DNA of 62,472 nucleotides, filler included, from Nemertoderma westbladi (GCA_032718475.1; 4 parts of 4 records of this genome joined end to end with filler, not necessarily neighbours in it); one strand, 5' to 3'; shown: positions 1-13,255, counted from the first letter of the whole stretch. Made by a program: numbers and translations. The notes: generated by a model not told the origin, from the sequence alone.

Positions 1-1360
1 TTACAAACTTACGCGGGAAGAACCAGGGTAGGTTGGTATCTCACGGGACCCTCTGGACGTACCCTCTGTGAAAGAGGAGAGAATGAACATATCAACCAGA
101 TATGTGAGAGTGTAAAGGCCGTGATAGATGAGACTATACCAGCTGAGGAAACTCCATGCTCCTCAGATAATGAGACACCCAAATTCTGTATGATGAGGAG
201 AATATGATCGAACCCCTCACCGAAAACCAAACATGGTCCAATCAAATCGAACTGTGTAATTTAATACAACAAAATAACAAACAGTTGGCTTATGAGGATG
301 ATGAACTCAACGAGGTAGTGGAGCGATACAATTCTAAACTGAGAGATGAACTTGCAGTGCGATTCTTTATACAAGAAGCTGTGGAACCCAACTCTTATGA
401 AAGAGCCCTATCAGTAGAGGAGGAGAGAGCTAAACAAATCCAGGCGACGACTACTCGTTATCTAAAGGAGGAGGGTCGTTATGAGATGGGTTTACCTTTC
501 CAGAAGCGAGAGCCCAGCTTCACAAATAATCAACCGTTGGCCATCAAGAGAATCGAACAGCTGCACCGACTCTTATCATTAAATGATAAAGCTAAAGAAA
601 TGTACAAGACCCAGTTGAAAAAGTTCATCGATAAGGGATACGTGGAGCGAGTTCCAACCGATACAACTGTAATGGAGAGAACGTATTATCTAACTAACCA
701 CTACGTTCCCAAACCCGGTAAACCCAACGAAGTCCGGGTGGTGTTCGACGGCTCGGCGTTGTATAAGGGACAATCCCTAAACTCGGAATTATTGCCGGGA
801 CCCAACTTACTCCAATCGCTGTTGGGAATACTACTACGACTCCGGCAGTATTCTATCGCCTTTGCCGACAATATTGAAGGCATGTTTCTCAAGGTGAAAG
901 CGTTGCAATGAGACCAAGATAGCTTATGGTTCTTATGGTGGCCAGATGGTGACTTTGACAAAGAATCGGTAGAGCACTGGATGACTATCCAGGCCTTCGG
1001 CATTATCTCTTGTCCATCTAACGCTTGCTCGGTAGTGTGTACCACTGCTGACGAAAACCGAGACGCCTTCCCCAAAGCTCCATCGATAACATCAAACGTG
1101 ACATCTACGTGGACGACAACCTCAAGTCACTACCTTCGGTGGAAGAAGCTATAGAGGTTGCCAAGGGAATGGTAGTGTCTTCAACGTGGTGGATTCTGGT
1201 TAACTTAATTCTCCAGCAACTCCCGTGTGTTTCTGGAGGCGATCCCAGAAAAGGAACAAGGTGCTAAAGATCTCAACCTCATTAAAAACGACCTCCAGGA
1301 AACTAAAACCCTCGGACTGAAGTGGGATACAGAGAGGGATATTTTCTTCTTCCAATTAAA
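1..1360 (+). mobile_element. BEL/Pao LTR retrotransposon pol fragment (RT region), degenerate
   Basis: ORF 204-911 has Pao-type motifs GRYEMGLPF, VRVVFDGS and LLPGPNLLQSLLGILLRLR. It continues past a stop and frameshifts to DIYVDDNL (~1100-1125) and LGLKWD (~1310-1330). A LINE cuts it at ~1360. Confidence 0.85.
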
Positions 1361-2212
1361 CTACTACTAAGTCGAGCGAACTCGGACAGTGGAAATGAGA
1401 TCCTTCCAGGCTTCCCGATTCTCCATAGTTGTGGCAATTTCGTTTCTCCCAAGTTCAGTATCCCTTTCAAGTTGCTCTTTATATGTTATGGCCGGTCATC
1501 CGCGACTACGCTTTTCATGAGTTGGTTGCCAGAAAAGTAGATCTGGTATGACCTCGTCTTTACTTCGCCTGCAGTGCCCACTGAGTCTTAATCTGCGTTC
1601 ATGGGGGGTGGTTGATACAGGTGGTATTGAACCATAAAGCTCGGCTTTTGTCATGTGTTGTCTCCAGCTGATGTTTAGTGCTGCCCTTAGTAGTCTTGCG
1701 TAGCAACCATCAATTCGTTGTTCAAGTGATTTAGTCAGTGTCCAGGTCTCACCCCCGTATAAAAATACACTTTCCACTGTGGCTCGAAAGAACTTAGTCT
1801 TCATGTGCCTGGGGAGATCTGATTTCCAGATGGTATCCATTTTTGATAGAGGTTCCCAAGCCTTTGCTTTCCTAACTTCTGTCCTTTTTGCTACTCTCTA
1901 TCCATGATCCTAGGTACTGGAAGTCGTCGACCTTCCTTAGTTAATTATTATCAATGGTTGTCAAGCTTCCATCAACATTAAAAGTCATGAATTCGGTCTT
2001 GGTAGCATTTATATGCAATCCAACCCCTTTAGCAGCCCTCTCCACTTTATTTAGTAGAAGCTGTGCATCTGCTAGCTTAGAGAGCAGGGCGATGTCATCC
2101 GTGAAGTCGGTGTCTGTGACTGTAGTAGGATATCTACTACCTCTGCGTTCTTGAAGTGTGAATCCCAGATCTTCACCCTTTGTGGCCGTCCTCATTGTGT
2201 AATCCAGTACAC
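1361..2212 (-). mobile_element. 5'-truncated RTE-like LINE (family A, copy 1), RT 3' part, frameshifted
   Basis: ORFs 1941-2195 (TDTDFTDDIALL, GLHINATKTE) and 1496-1840 (FRATVESVFLYG, LRLSGHC). (TAG)n tail at 1361-1370. Closely similar to 46801-47565. Confidence 0.88.
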
Positions 2213-3822
2213 CAATCCAATAAGAGTACCAAATCTATTAGTGTCATAATATATTTTAGATTACGACGGGAAATAAACTTCCTTTTTATCCCTTCTTTAC
2301 TGACCGTATATTATTATAAATACGTGATTACAGTAAGATGTCCTTATTAAAGTACAATATACCTCGGTCCTACTGTACTTTAGGTATTATTGGTAAACGT
2401 AGAGTATTATGAATGCAAAGTTCAGATCCTCATGTCTCGGCTAAACCAAGCTCTGGCTAGACCTTGGAAACGACTTGCCTCTTCTCACTGACATTGCTTA
2501 TTGCAATATTACTCTCATGTCGTAGTCCTTAAATAATATGTATAGTAGAAGATGACTATTTAACAGTAAATCTGTCAAAGTAAATCTGTTAAACCCTTTG
2601 ACCATCTGAAGTTCTTGTCGATTAATATATCATGGCACCCACTGATATACTTAAAAGACAAAATTTCTAGAATCAGTGGTTAACATCCCCAGACATTTTC
2701 ATAGATTTCATAGATTTTATTCATAGATTTCACAGATTCATAACCTCTTATGAATTAAATAAAATTGTCTATTTAAGACAATTATTATAATATTCCCTAA
2801 AATTAATAAACATCACATATAAGGGAGTATTAATAACCCTAGAGTCACTATTAATAGCATCCCAGATCTGTATGCATGAGAAATACGTATCTCTACTGCT
2901 AGCTTTGCATAATGTCACCTTAGCAACGCCCATGCTAGAATTAGAATACAGTCAGAGTTCAATAGAAAGCTTGCCATGTCGAATAGAATGCATATTGTAT
3001 AGTATCTAAGGATACACAACAACAACGTGACATTCTGGAAGGTATTTGACTAACGGACAAATCGCCCCAAATTGTGACCTTAGTATTAAGGAGAGATATA
3101 CACAACCTCTAAGCGTTTCTCGATAGTTTGTTGAGTGGTGATGCTAGTCAACCTACGACAATGGATGGTGGACGTTACATCGAACCACCAATAACCGAGG
3201 ATCAGCTTATGCGCGAATTAGATTATAGAAAATTCACCTCGCGCTATACGCATCGAAATGGTACCTATTTGGATTCCTAACTACTGGACACCCTATCGAT
3301 TCACACGATACAGATGATTTGGATACAGAAATGGAGATGATTCTATTCAAATTTCATGCACAACGGAGCTGGAACGACAAACCACAAATCGATCATGATA
3401 TCGACCTCTAACGCATTTATTCTCTACCAGAGTTTTGGGGAAACCTCATTCGACTGGAAGAGAGAATCAGCGAGAGGAGAAGCATATCGCGATTGGCGCA
3501 GTTTGTAGTCTCACGAGTGTTCCTCTCCGTCCTTCCTTGGCCATCTACGCCATATTTGAGAACACAGCACTTTCCGGATGGTTAACCGATGTGTGCAGCC
3601 AAGCGATACGTTCTCAACCCCTCATCTTGGGAAATAAATTCCCCAAATTCGAGCGTAATAAGAACACAATAAGTTCATTTGGTTTGAATATTTTAGGTGC
3701 TTTCTGACTCCGTTTCAGAACGTTGATAGTCAGTTTAAAGATCCCGCGTTGATCAAACTCAGCCTCCGGGACGCCGTTGCTGACAAACTGGTTAGCGCTG
3801 GGTTTGCCATCTTTAAATATGT

Positions 3823-4245
3823 TTGCACCCAGAACACGCATGCCTCTGTCCTGTAGCGACCCAAGATACCCTCGGGATACTCAGTAACGGAGATTCAAAT
3901 CGAAACCCTGGAGAAAGATATCGATTCGAGATACGTTTACTTCTATCTGATTTCTTAGAAGAAAGGCGCAATCTGACGAGTAAGTCAGCTAGAGGAGAAG
4001 CATACCGAGATACTACTCCATTGGACTCTGATGAACTTTGTTCTTATTTCAAAGAACAAACTATAATGGAGATATATTGTTCTTATTGTCACGTTAATAA
4101 TAAGCATATCTTCGCTGTTTGTCCACAGTTTATGACACAATGTCATTACTGTCAGTTAAAGGGACACGCTAGTTGGGATTGCCCTTTTAGTCCCGTCATG
4201 GTAAGCGTAGACGAGTTAATTGTATTGAGATACATACGAGCTTAG
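3823..4245 (+). pseudogene. ORF with two CCHC zinc-knuckle-like motifs, probably retroelement-derived
   Basis: Motifs CSYCHVNNKHIFAVC and CHYCQLKGHASWDC (CX2CX4HX4C). The surrounding coding-like sequence (~3160-4420) is broken by stops. Confidence 0.45.
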
Positions 4246-4594
4246 GAAGCTAGCGCAGATCTGGTCGGTGGATACACCGACCGCAACCCCAACCCTTCTG
4301 ATGCAATTATATTGCACCCTTCACCGAGGAGTTATAGCCCTCCTATCAAAGTGGCTCGTGCCGCCGGGAAAAAGACCACAACTACCCAAAGGTTCAAAAA
4401 TGGTCCCTCTAAACCTTAAAAACCCTTAAGAACTTTTATACTTTATGCACTGACATAAACTCACTCCATCCAGCGTTTATTCTATGTATAGCACTTTACT
4501 GATCACTCTTAGAGAAAACTAGCTGCTTAAATTACGAAATTACTTGGACAATTATTTTTTTTATTTTATTTTCATTAAATTGGACAATATTTCT

Positions 4595-4916
4595 CTTTGT
4601 CCCCTTGCCACTGTGATACTTTCACCCAGAAACACCAGCGGCCAGAAGTTGTTATTAAGCACAATAAATTATCTCTTTTACCGATACTCTCTCAACTCTT
4701 ATCCACTCTTATACTCTCTCTTCCATTCTTGACTTTCTGACATCTGACTGATGATTAAATGCCGCACAACGCTTAACTTATATTTTTTATATTGTTATAA
4801 TACTGTGTTTGTAACCTATTTGATTACTGCTAATATTTGGAGAATACTTACGAATAACCAGTAACTCCCTTGGCTTTCTTGATTATTAAGGTAAGCGGAG
4901 GGGAATACTATTCACA
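4595..4916 (-). mobile_element. Candidate LTR (4612-4916) with adjacent primer-binding site
   Basis: Inverted termini TGTGA...TCACA. On the minus strand the LTR end ATCACA is followed by G and then TGGCAAGGGG, a PBS-like TGG start. No second LTR was found. Confidence 0.4.
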
Positions 4917-5481
4917 ATAGCCTAGCTCATATAACAGTGGTCTGTATGAGTTTATGCTGTTTCATAGTCCCCAACGTACGTGAGTTAAGTTTCTCCTTAT
5001 ATGCGAGTAAAATTGGTGAAAGTCGGCAAATTTAATTATAAGACACATAAATTAGCAGGTTAAACTGTTAAAGGTCTAAAAGCACGAACAATCGGTGTGG
5101 TAGGCCTACTGACTGATATATCCTCACTGCTCACTGTAGGCCAGTATGGTATTAGTACGATTGAACGACACTAGCCAAATAATCCCTAAATCAAACAGAA
5201 ACTGATAAAAATTGGTACCGGTCAGGGTACAGCAGTATTGTGTGCCATCTTGAGGACAATGCGGATATTGTTATTTTTATAAATCCTTCAGATTTACTTC
5301 ATGTAAGAAAATCGTGTCTGCCTATTTGTGTGTTTGCCATACGAAAGCCTCCGAAACTATCCGGTCAATTGTGTTGTTTTTAGTACCCTCCTGTAGTGTG
5401 TATGGTCTGAATGGGTGTATAAAGCTATCAATCTGCAAAAAGATGAAATAAACGAAAAAGTGCCATAGATGCAATGGTAAA

Positions 5482-5944
5482 TACGATGGTTGATCTTTGC
5501 CAATTAGATAATTCTTTTTTTTACTTTTTTTTCAGAAGATCTCCATGACGTCATAATTTATGGTCTACCTAAATTTAATTTATGGTCGATCAAAAATTAA
5601 TTTATGGTCGACCAAAAATTAATTTATGGTCGACCAAAAATTAATTTAGGATCGACCAGAAATGAATTTAGGGTCGACCATAAATTATTTTCTGGAATTT
5701 TGAATTTCCCGGTTCCTTGTACGGCGAGATTTGGACAGGCCCTTTCACTGGTTACATTCAAATAAACGTGCAATTTGATGGTTTCTCACTACCTTAACCA
5801 ATGGATGGCAAGTCAAAATCTCGACCTACAAGTTACCGGGAAATTCAAACTACCAGGAATTAATTTTTGGTCGACCATAAATTATGACGTCATGGAGAAC
5901 TTCTGAAAAAAAAATTAATTAATTGGCAAAGATCAGCAACCGTA
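5482..5944. mobile_element. Foldback MITE, TA-flanked (Tc1/mariner-like)
   Basis: Long imperfect inverted arms (gatctttgccaatta/taattggcaaagatc; ctccatgacgtcataatttatggtc/gaccataaattatgacgtcatggag; tttgaatttcccggt/accgggaaattcaaa). Internal 22-bp tandem repeats. TA at both ends. Confidence 0.7.
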
Positions 5945-6875
5945 GGTAAAATAACTCAATAACAGCTGGTGTTCATTATGAAAAATGGGTTATGTAATAA
6001 TGGACTTCTACAAAGGCTTAGTATAAATCGATGAGGTTGCCAAGATTATTGTACTGTACTTTTTACAGCCATACTGTTTGCTAGGCCCTACTGGCGGATT
6101 TTTTGGCGATGCTCCGGTGCTAATAAATACAAACGAACTGCACGTTCTGGAACGTGGTTTGAGACATTTAAATCGCGACCGACCTTTCTCGAATCTCCTT
6201 GCTCTTTTCAAACAAACCCTTGCTGTATGTCTATACGACCTGACCTAACCAACCCAAAGGCTCTTTTCAGGGCCAACATATTAAATAAACAGCCGTATCG
6301 CAACAGCGTTATTAGCTTGTACCCCTTGTAATATAAATTAGGCCCTACATTAAATTATAATAATACTTTCCCTTAAAATAACTTAATAAATAATACAAAT
6401 ATAAAAATAAAAATATGTTTGAACGGACCAAAAGGTTTATTTTCTTGTCGTACCAGATATTTTTTATTATAAAGAGTATAAATATATTATTACTTATCCT
6501 ACCCTACATAAAGGTGGCACACTGCTGACTTTTAACATTTTCGAAATGTTTAGATCTTTAATTTGAACCCCAAGGCGGCACAATGTCGCCTTAATTTTTT
6601 GTAACAAAATTATTGGCTAAATTGAAATTAAATTGCATAAGTTATGTAATTTAAAATATACTCAAACCAATAGGAATCCCTTCAAGCAATATTAAATTAA
6701 CTTTCTAGACCAGTTTTTCCAGCCCAACACGAATATGAACTCAATTTTCCGCCCCAATTGTTATAAGAAAATTAGGTTTTAAATAAAGGTGGCACCCTGC
6801 CGTCCTGTGGGTTAGGATAATATACAGGTATGTAAAGGCGGCACTCTGCCGCCATGGGGGTTAAGTTATAATTAT

Positions 6876-6980
6876 ACAAAAGTGTCAGTGTTCAGTGTTG
6901 TCTGACAAAAGTGTCAGTGTTCAGTGTTCAGTGTTCAGTGTTCAGTGTTCAGTGTTCAGTGTTCAGTGTTCAGTGTTGTC
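6876..6980 (+). repeat. (CAGTGTT)n heptamer microsatellite
   Basis: Directly visible tandem array, with a duplicated acaaaagtgtcagtgtt lead-in. Confidence 0.9.
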
Positions 6981-8146
6981 TGGCCCCAACCTCTCTAACT
7001 CTGTGACGCCTCTATAATAAAATTTGGCGTCGCCACAACAATAAAAGATCGGCCGCGCGGCCGCGCGTTCACCTACGGTTTTCATTTCACCCCACTGCCA
7101 ATGGCGGTAGACTGCAGTACTGCCGAGGGATTATCGTTCCAACAAAGATGCAGCCTATTGATGGCCTACACTCTAGCATGTATATCTGCCAAGTTTTAAC
7201 TTGAACGAATACGCAGCATTTGGTACATCAATGCCTTGATTCAGCTTAAATGAATTAAAATCACGAAATTGGGAGCAGGTTTTCTTTTTCAGACATTTTA
7301 TCTTCTAGCGGTAGACTGAAGAACTGCAGATGACTCACCATACTCAAAAATACGCTTCATGTTTTCTAGCACATCTTTGACAAGTCTCAGATTGAACGGA
7401 TCATAAATAACGGAATGGGTGTAGGATTTCACTTTCAGACATTTCGCCCACTAGCGGCAGACTAGAGAACTGCAGACTGATTAACCCCCTTTAATGATTA
7501 CATATGTAGCCCTCTAGCGGGAGACTGTTGAACTAATGGTGTCTGAAAATTCTAAACTTTTGGTTATTGATACTTACAAATTCAACTCGACAGCTTTAAA
7601 TCCGACAAAGTTATTGGGCTAAGGCTCCGCCAATTTCGTGGCTCGCCCCATCAACAATACACTTGACACACAAAACGATTGCTTTCGACTCCCTCCTTGC
7701 CCATCACTCCTAATTACTGTGTTTCATGAAAACCTACCAATAGGAACGCATTACTGGTGTACTCCAATATACGCGAAATTCCATTGGCTAAGTCCACTGG
7801 TGATAGTATTAAAGAGATTATAGTATTCCTGTTAAAATAAACTCAACCTCATGTATCAGACTACTTGTGAATTGTAACTGTATATCTAAGTACTTAACTT
7901 ACTATCTGATTATTTATTTGTGGTTAAATTATATTATAGCCTTTATTTTAAATGCGATATTTACATAAAGGTATTTACGATAGGATTCTTTCTAATTCAG
8001 TACTTATTAAACCGATTTCATGAAATGAATTATTTATGTTGACTATTACCTAATTACTTAATCAATTTATAAATCACGTTAAATTTTTTATGTTACTTTG
8101 ATATACCGGTACCTGTAATTTCTACTTTTTAAAAATCGGAGACATT

Positions 8147-8287
8147 ATGAAAATTATTCGAGTGGAATTCTTTATTGTCGTTTGGTTGTTGATATCTGTA
8201 ACCATAGCAAGTAGTGAAAAAGAGATCCCGATATATGCGATTGAGGGAACCACGGTCACTTTAAAAAGCTACCCATTGGACTCCACG
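8147..8287 (+). CDS. Candidate first coding exon of a secreted or membrane protein
   Basis: MKIIRVEFFIVVWLLISVTIASS resembles a signal peptide. IYAIEGTTVTL resembles the start of an Ig-like domain. Phase-0 donor GTAAAT at 8288. No downstream exon was identified. Confidence 0.35.
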
Positions 8288-9094
8288 GTAAATATTATTC
8301 TCAAATATTTCTGTTTTGTTTGTAACCGGAACACTATTATTTATTACCGGTACTGTGCCACGCAGCCACGATTCAATTCGATTAAACCCCCATCTCGGCG
8401 AAATAATATCTCGTAACAGGGATTATATAATGTTAAATATCAATTAAGGAAAGGAGCCGGTTGCAGCGGCACTGTAGTTTATTTCAACAAAAACAATAAT
8501 CTAAAATAAATAGACAATATAAAAGACCAGGTTACAGATTTTTGCAACCTGCTGTTATTTGAGCGAGGGATGAATTTTCTTGTCAAGATCCCATTCAATC
8601 GCGCGAGAACATAGAGTAAGCAGTAGCGCCCCTAGCGGTAATGTGAAACACAACACCTTAAAGTATTTAAATATTTCGCCATATTTTAATTAAAATATTT
8701 CTTGATATCAAGGCGTTGCGTTGTCTGCCTGTGCCTATGGTGTTAATTTTATAATTATCATTATGCGCTATGATCGGGTGTTGCGCCCTGTTCAGAATGG
8801 TTTGCGGCTTGGATTTTAGAGATGCTTAGTATTTCGCACTTATTCGTGCGCCATATTAACCCGAACGAGCGAAACTGAGTTAGTGAAATATGAAATAGCA
8901 TAATATTGAGACTAGATTGGTGATTTAAATCAATGACATCTTTTCTAGTTTGTATAATAAAGTTATCATAATGTAACAAAATACAAATAAAAATAATGTA
9001 TTTGCAGTTTGACATAATATCTGGCTTGTAAACAAAATTCGCCGCCAAAACCAAATATCGCCCAATGCGGTTGCTAGATAATTCAAGGCCAGTG

Positions 9095-9305
9095 AGTGTC
9101 CTTTCTGCACTAGCTGGTTCTCATGGCAAAAGCAATGTCCTACAAAGAGAAGCGGCAATGATAAGCTTGGATGGACTAATGAGACCCCTAAAATGCTGTA
9201 TAGGGTAGGGTCTGTTTAGAGTTATGTTCATTGCACTTGACACAGTGAACCCGATGTAGCATTCTGGAAGGCCGTATGTGCCATCCATAGATTTGGTGTC
9301 CTCAG
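9095..9305 (-). mobile_element. Short degenerate fragment of RTE-like LINE family B
   Basis: Nucleotide similarity to 47790-47995 (aaagcaatgtcct; atgtgccatccaNagatttggtgtcctcag). Peptide EDTKSMDGTY versus EDTKSLDGTF. Confidence 0.65.
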
Positions 9306-9678
9306 AAAGATACATGATCAATATGAACACCATCTTTCTGCCTGTCAGTCGGTCGGCCGCTACAATTCAATCTTTTCTTTTTTTTATTGAAAATATTGAA
9401 CTTCTAGGTTGGAGTCCCATAGCACTATCAGGCGATTAATCAGGTAATAAGTGCCAGTTTAATCAAAGCAAGCTGAGAAATCCGTTTCTATAATATGTAC
9501 TTGCAAAATTCACTCATGTTATTTGTTTATGTGGGTATTTTTTATTTTTTTTTTGCTGTACGCATATTAGAAGGTATTATAATATTTAATGCTCTTCTCG
9601 GGTCTACCGGTGCCGGGTATTTAACGTACGACATCAGGTATTTGGGAATTCTACCAAATACTTACCAATCTCCATTTA

Positions 9679-9778
9679 NNNNNNNNNNNNNNNNNNNNNN
9701 NNNNNNNNNNNNNNNNNNNNNNTTAATTAATTAANNNNNNNNNNNNNNNNNNNNNNNNNNNNNNNNNNNNNNNNNNNN
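9679..9778. other. Artificial contig linker N44-TTAATTAATTAA-N44
   Basis: 100-bp spacer with stops in all six frames. Identical at three positions in the window. Confidence 0.97.
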
Positions 9779-11254
9779 TCTCTAACACCCTTCTCGCTTT
9801 TGCGGAGGATGTAGCGGACTTATCGGTCGCGACGGACCCCCGTCGCCTCTCTGTCCTGCCAACTTTCCCCCGCTTTCTGGGGTTCTCGCTAACCGACGAG
9901 ACCGAATCCTCTGGGTTAACCTCGGATTCGCCCTCGTGCGGGTCTGCCCAACCCACTAACTTAATTCCCCTAGCATCCACTAAATACGGCCCTATGTACA
10001 CTACTTGGGGCTCTATTATCCCGGACCGCCACAGTTCAAATAGTTCGGTGGCGACCCCCCTCGCTCTCTCACTGGCTAGTTCTCCCTGTCCGAAGCGAAC
10101 TAGGTATCTAAAATGTTTATTTGACTCACCTAGTCGCCGCTCTAGTTTTACCTGGTCCACCTTCACTCCTTCCCTGGCCTCCCTCAACTGTTTCTGTGTG
10201 GAGTTGTAAGCCCGTCGGAGCCGATTGCTGACTCCGACATCCTCGTCGCCGACCTCTCCTTCTCCCCTCCTGGTTCGGCGCCGTACCGGCGGCCCCACCG
10301 TCGCCGTTCCGGTGGGCCGTCCGTCGCCCTCGGCCTGTGGCTGGCCGGCGACATCGGTATCTCGACCGCCGTCGTGCGTCGACTCGTCCTCTCGACTCGC
10401 TAATCCCTCGCTGTGGTAGACGGCCGCCCTCCGCCTGGGCTGCCGGATCGTCCCTTTCCGGCGAATCCGGCGTCGCGGGTCGATACCGTTGTGTTGCGGC
10501 CTCGTGGATCATTTCGTTGGTATCGTCCGGGGTCCGCGGCGGTGTCCTCTCTCCCTCCGACAATCTTGGATGTCCTGTGCTCATCTCTTAACCTTTTCTT
10601 TGGTGGCTGGCAGTCACAGTTTTAACAGTAGTACGGTAGATTTTGTAATGTGACGGGATCAGAGGATCCCGACCGGTTTGGTTTTGTTACGCGTCACCAT
10701 GTAATCGGAAAAGAATAGTTGATTGTTGTCGTTCCAATATTGTTAATGGGTTGGAATATAATATAGAATAAAATAGCACAGTTGATTGTAATGTTATCAG
10801 TTAATAGTAGTATAGATGTTATACCGGTAAATATAATATATGATTGCTGACGGTGGTGACGGTACAAAATGTCACTGGTCCCTACTGTGTGACTGAGATA
10901 ACTGACCGGTAATTGATGTATGCAGATAATATATATTCACCTCTACTCTACTGTGGCCTTACTACCTAGCGGATGCTTTTCTCTTGCCCCTGATTGGCCA
11001 ATAACCTAATTCTCGGCTCCCACCTCTGTGGGAGTGTTTCCCCCCCCCCCCCCCCCCCCCCGCTGCTGTCACTTTCCCTCTCCAAGAGGTTTGACCTATA
11101 ACCTCTTTTGTGTGGCTCTTTGGGGCCCTGTGTTGTCCCCGTTATTGGGGGTGATATGAGGTTAATTGTGATTAACCTCGTATTCCCCAATATTGCTGAA
11201 CGCGCTACTTCCCAACTTTATGGGGTTGGTGAGGCGGAATTGAATCCGCTCACA
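9779..11254 (-). mobile_element. 5' end of a BEL/Pao LTR retrotransposon: LTR 10700-11254, PBS, frameshifted gag N-terminus
   Basis: Minus-strand LTR TGTGAG...TTACA followed directly by TGGTGACGCG (PBS). GC-rich ORFs 10126-10584 and 9779-10298 contain EVNPEDSVSSVS and SATSSAKARR, typical of Pao gag N-termini. Truncated by the contig end. Confidence 0.72.
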
Positions 11255-11381
11255 GACATATAATATAATTACATATAATTACACATAATACATATACGAG
11301 ATACATATACACAATGTCCCATAGAATGTTTAAAATACTGTTTGAAGTGTTTTTAAAAAATGTTTAAATTGTAATGTTTAA

Positions 11382-11752
11382 GGGCACCAGTCCATTATTA
11401 TATTAATATATCTGAAGAACCCCTGAATGGTTTATATGGAACTAGAATCATTAACTTCTGGGTATCAGTTTTTGTTGAGTAGAGAAATTGCCTAAATTAT
11501 GAATGACAAAAAAAATGGTTTCATGGATATCTAGAGAACCCTTCGTGTTATAAAAATGGTTGTCATGGATATCTAGAGAACCCTTCGTGTTATCTCCCTG
11601 ATTGTAGTTCCAAATGGAGATCATCTAACACAAACTAAGTGGTGAAAATTTCAGACCAATTGGTCTAGCCATTCTTGAGATACGGGTATATGAAAATTAT
11701 TATTTTTTTTAACTTATCGTCTTGGGGAGCGTATAATTATGGTCTGGTGCCC
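11382..11752. mobile_element. TTAA-flanked MITE (Kolobok-like ends)
   Basis: TIRs GGGCACCAGtCCATtATTA / TAATTATGGTCTGGTGCCC with TTAA on both sides (11378-11381 and 11753-11756). Internal ~40-bp duplication. Confidence 0.75.
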
Positions 11753-11887
11753 TTAAAGGAAAACGTTAGCAAAAATGTGAATTTGAAATAATAGTAATTT
11801 ATTACTGTATTTCAATTATTAACATTTACTTTTCTTTTCAATTAGATTTATCTGAATTCATTCACTAGTTCAGTAGTCACAAGGCTA

Positions 11888-13255
11888 GCAGTGCTTTTTT
11901 TATGTAATTATTGTGTCTAATTCAGTGATTTACCGATATATTTTCAAAACGCAATAATTTTTATTGTCCATTTAAATCCTTTTTTTGTCCTTTTTTTTAT
12001 TTTTTATGTCCTCCAAAAATCTAAATGTTAGGTTCCATGCTACCGGTTTCTCTACTGCTGTTCTCTCAGGCTATCAGTACCGGTAATAGTATATATAGCA
12101 CTATTTTGCTGTATTGTATGTACAGATGTAGGTATAAAGCAGGAATTTCTGTATTTTAGTACCGGTACCGGCACTGCTATAGGCCTACTGTGTAGCCTAT
12201 CATTTAAATACGGTACTGGTAGGCCTATCGGCTGACCGGTTGTTTTGGTTAGAAAATCCCGCGTGGTTAGAAAATCTGTAACCTGCTCCTTTGCCTGATT
12301 TGGTAAAGGGACCGTTTATTGTTTTGGTTAGAAAGGCCCGCCTCTGTAACCTGCTCCTTTCCTTCATTTTGTAAAGTGACTGTTTATTGTTTTGGTTAGA
12401 AAATCCCGCCTCTGTAACCTGCCCCTTTTCCTCAAATAATTAAGTGATCGCTTATTGTTTTGGTTTGAAAATCCCGCCTCTGTAACCTGCTCCTTTCTCT
12501 CAATTGGTAATGTTATCGTTTATTGTTTTGGTTAGAAAATCCCGTCTATGTAACCTGCTCCTTTCCCTGATTTGGTAAAGTGACTGTTTATTGTTTTGGT
12601 TAGAAAATCCCGCATCTGTAACCTGCTCCTTTCTCTCAATTGGTAATGTTATCGTTTATTGTTTTGGTTAGAAAATCCCGTCTCTGTAACCTGCTCCTTT
12701 CCCTCAATTAGTTAAATGATCGTTTATTGTTTTGGTTAGAAAATCCCGCTTCTGTAACCTGCTCCTTTCCCTGATTTGGTAAAGTGACTGTTTATTGTTT
12801 TGGTTAGAAAATCCGGCCTTAAACCTGCTTCTTTCCATCAATTGGTAATTGTTTTTGGCTATAAAATGAGTGTTTTGCTACGTCATGTGGTAATCGATTA
12901 TCGACAACCACCACAAACTATTAAATTTATAGAGTCTTTTACCACAGGCGCATATGCAAATCTATCTCATAGTCTATAAATCATGAATCATGGAATGTTT
13001 TGGCACAGGCATAGTGAAACCAACTGTCCGCCAGACCAGAAATCAACAAATTTTGAATGTTTTGGCATAGGCATGTTGAAATCAACTGTCTGACTGTCCA
13101 GAAATCAGCAGTCTGACAGTTTGAAGAAATACATACATAAAAAGTCAATAAAAGGACAATAAAAGTCATTAAAAGGACAACAAAAGTCATTATGCACAAT
13201 TCGTAAAAAAAGGAGGACAAAAAAGTCAAATAAAAGGACATAAAAAATCACTGCC
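11888..13255. mobile_element. Non-autonomous TIR element (hAT-like ends) with internal 68-bp tandem array, copy 1
   Basis: Ends GCAGTGcTTTTTTTATGT / ACATAAAAAATCACTGC. About 9 copies of a 68-bp unit at 12240-12850. A second copy lies at 17306-23281. Confidence 0.75.

Noticed and set aside
6494-6864. piggyBac-like MITE with ggcggcac...tgccgcc motifs
   Set aside because: There is a short inverted match (ttatcctaccc/gggttaggataa) and a second gggttaa end, but the boundaries and TSD are ambiguous.
9495-9778. ORFs ending in X...LIN
   Set aside because: They run into the N linker, and LIN is the translation of the linker itself.
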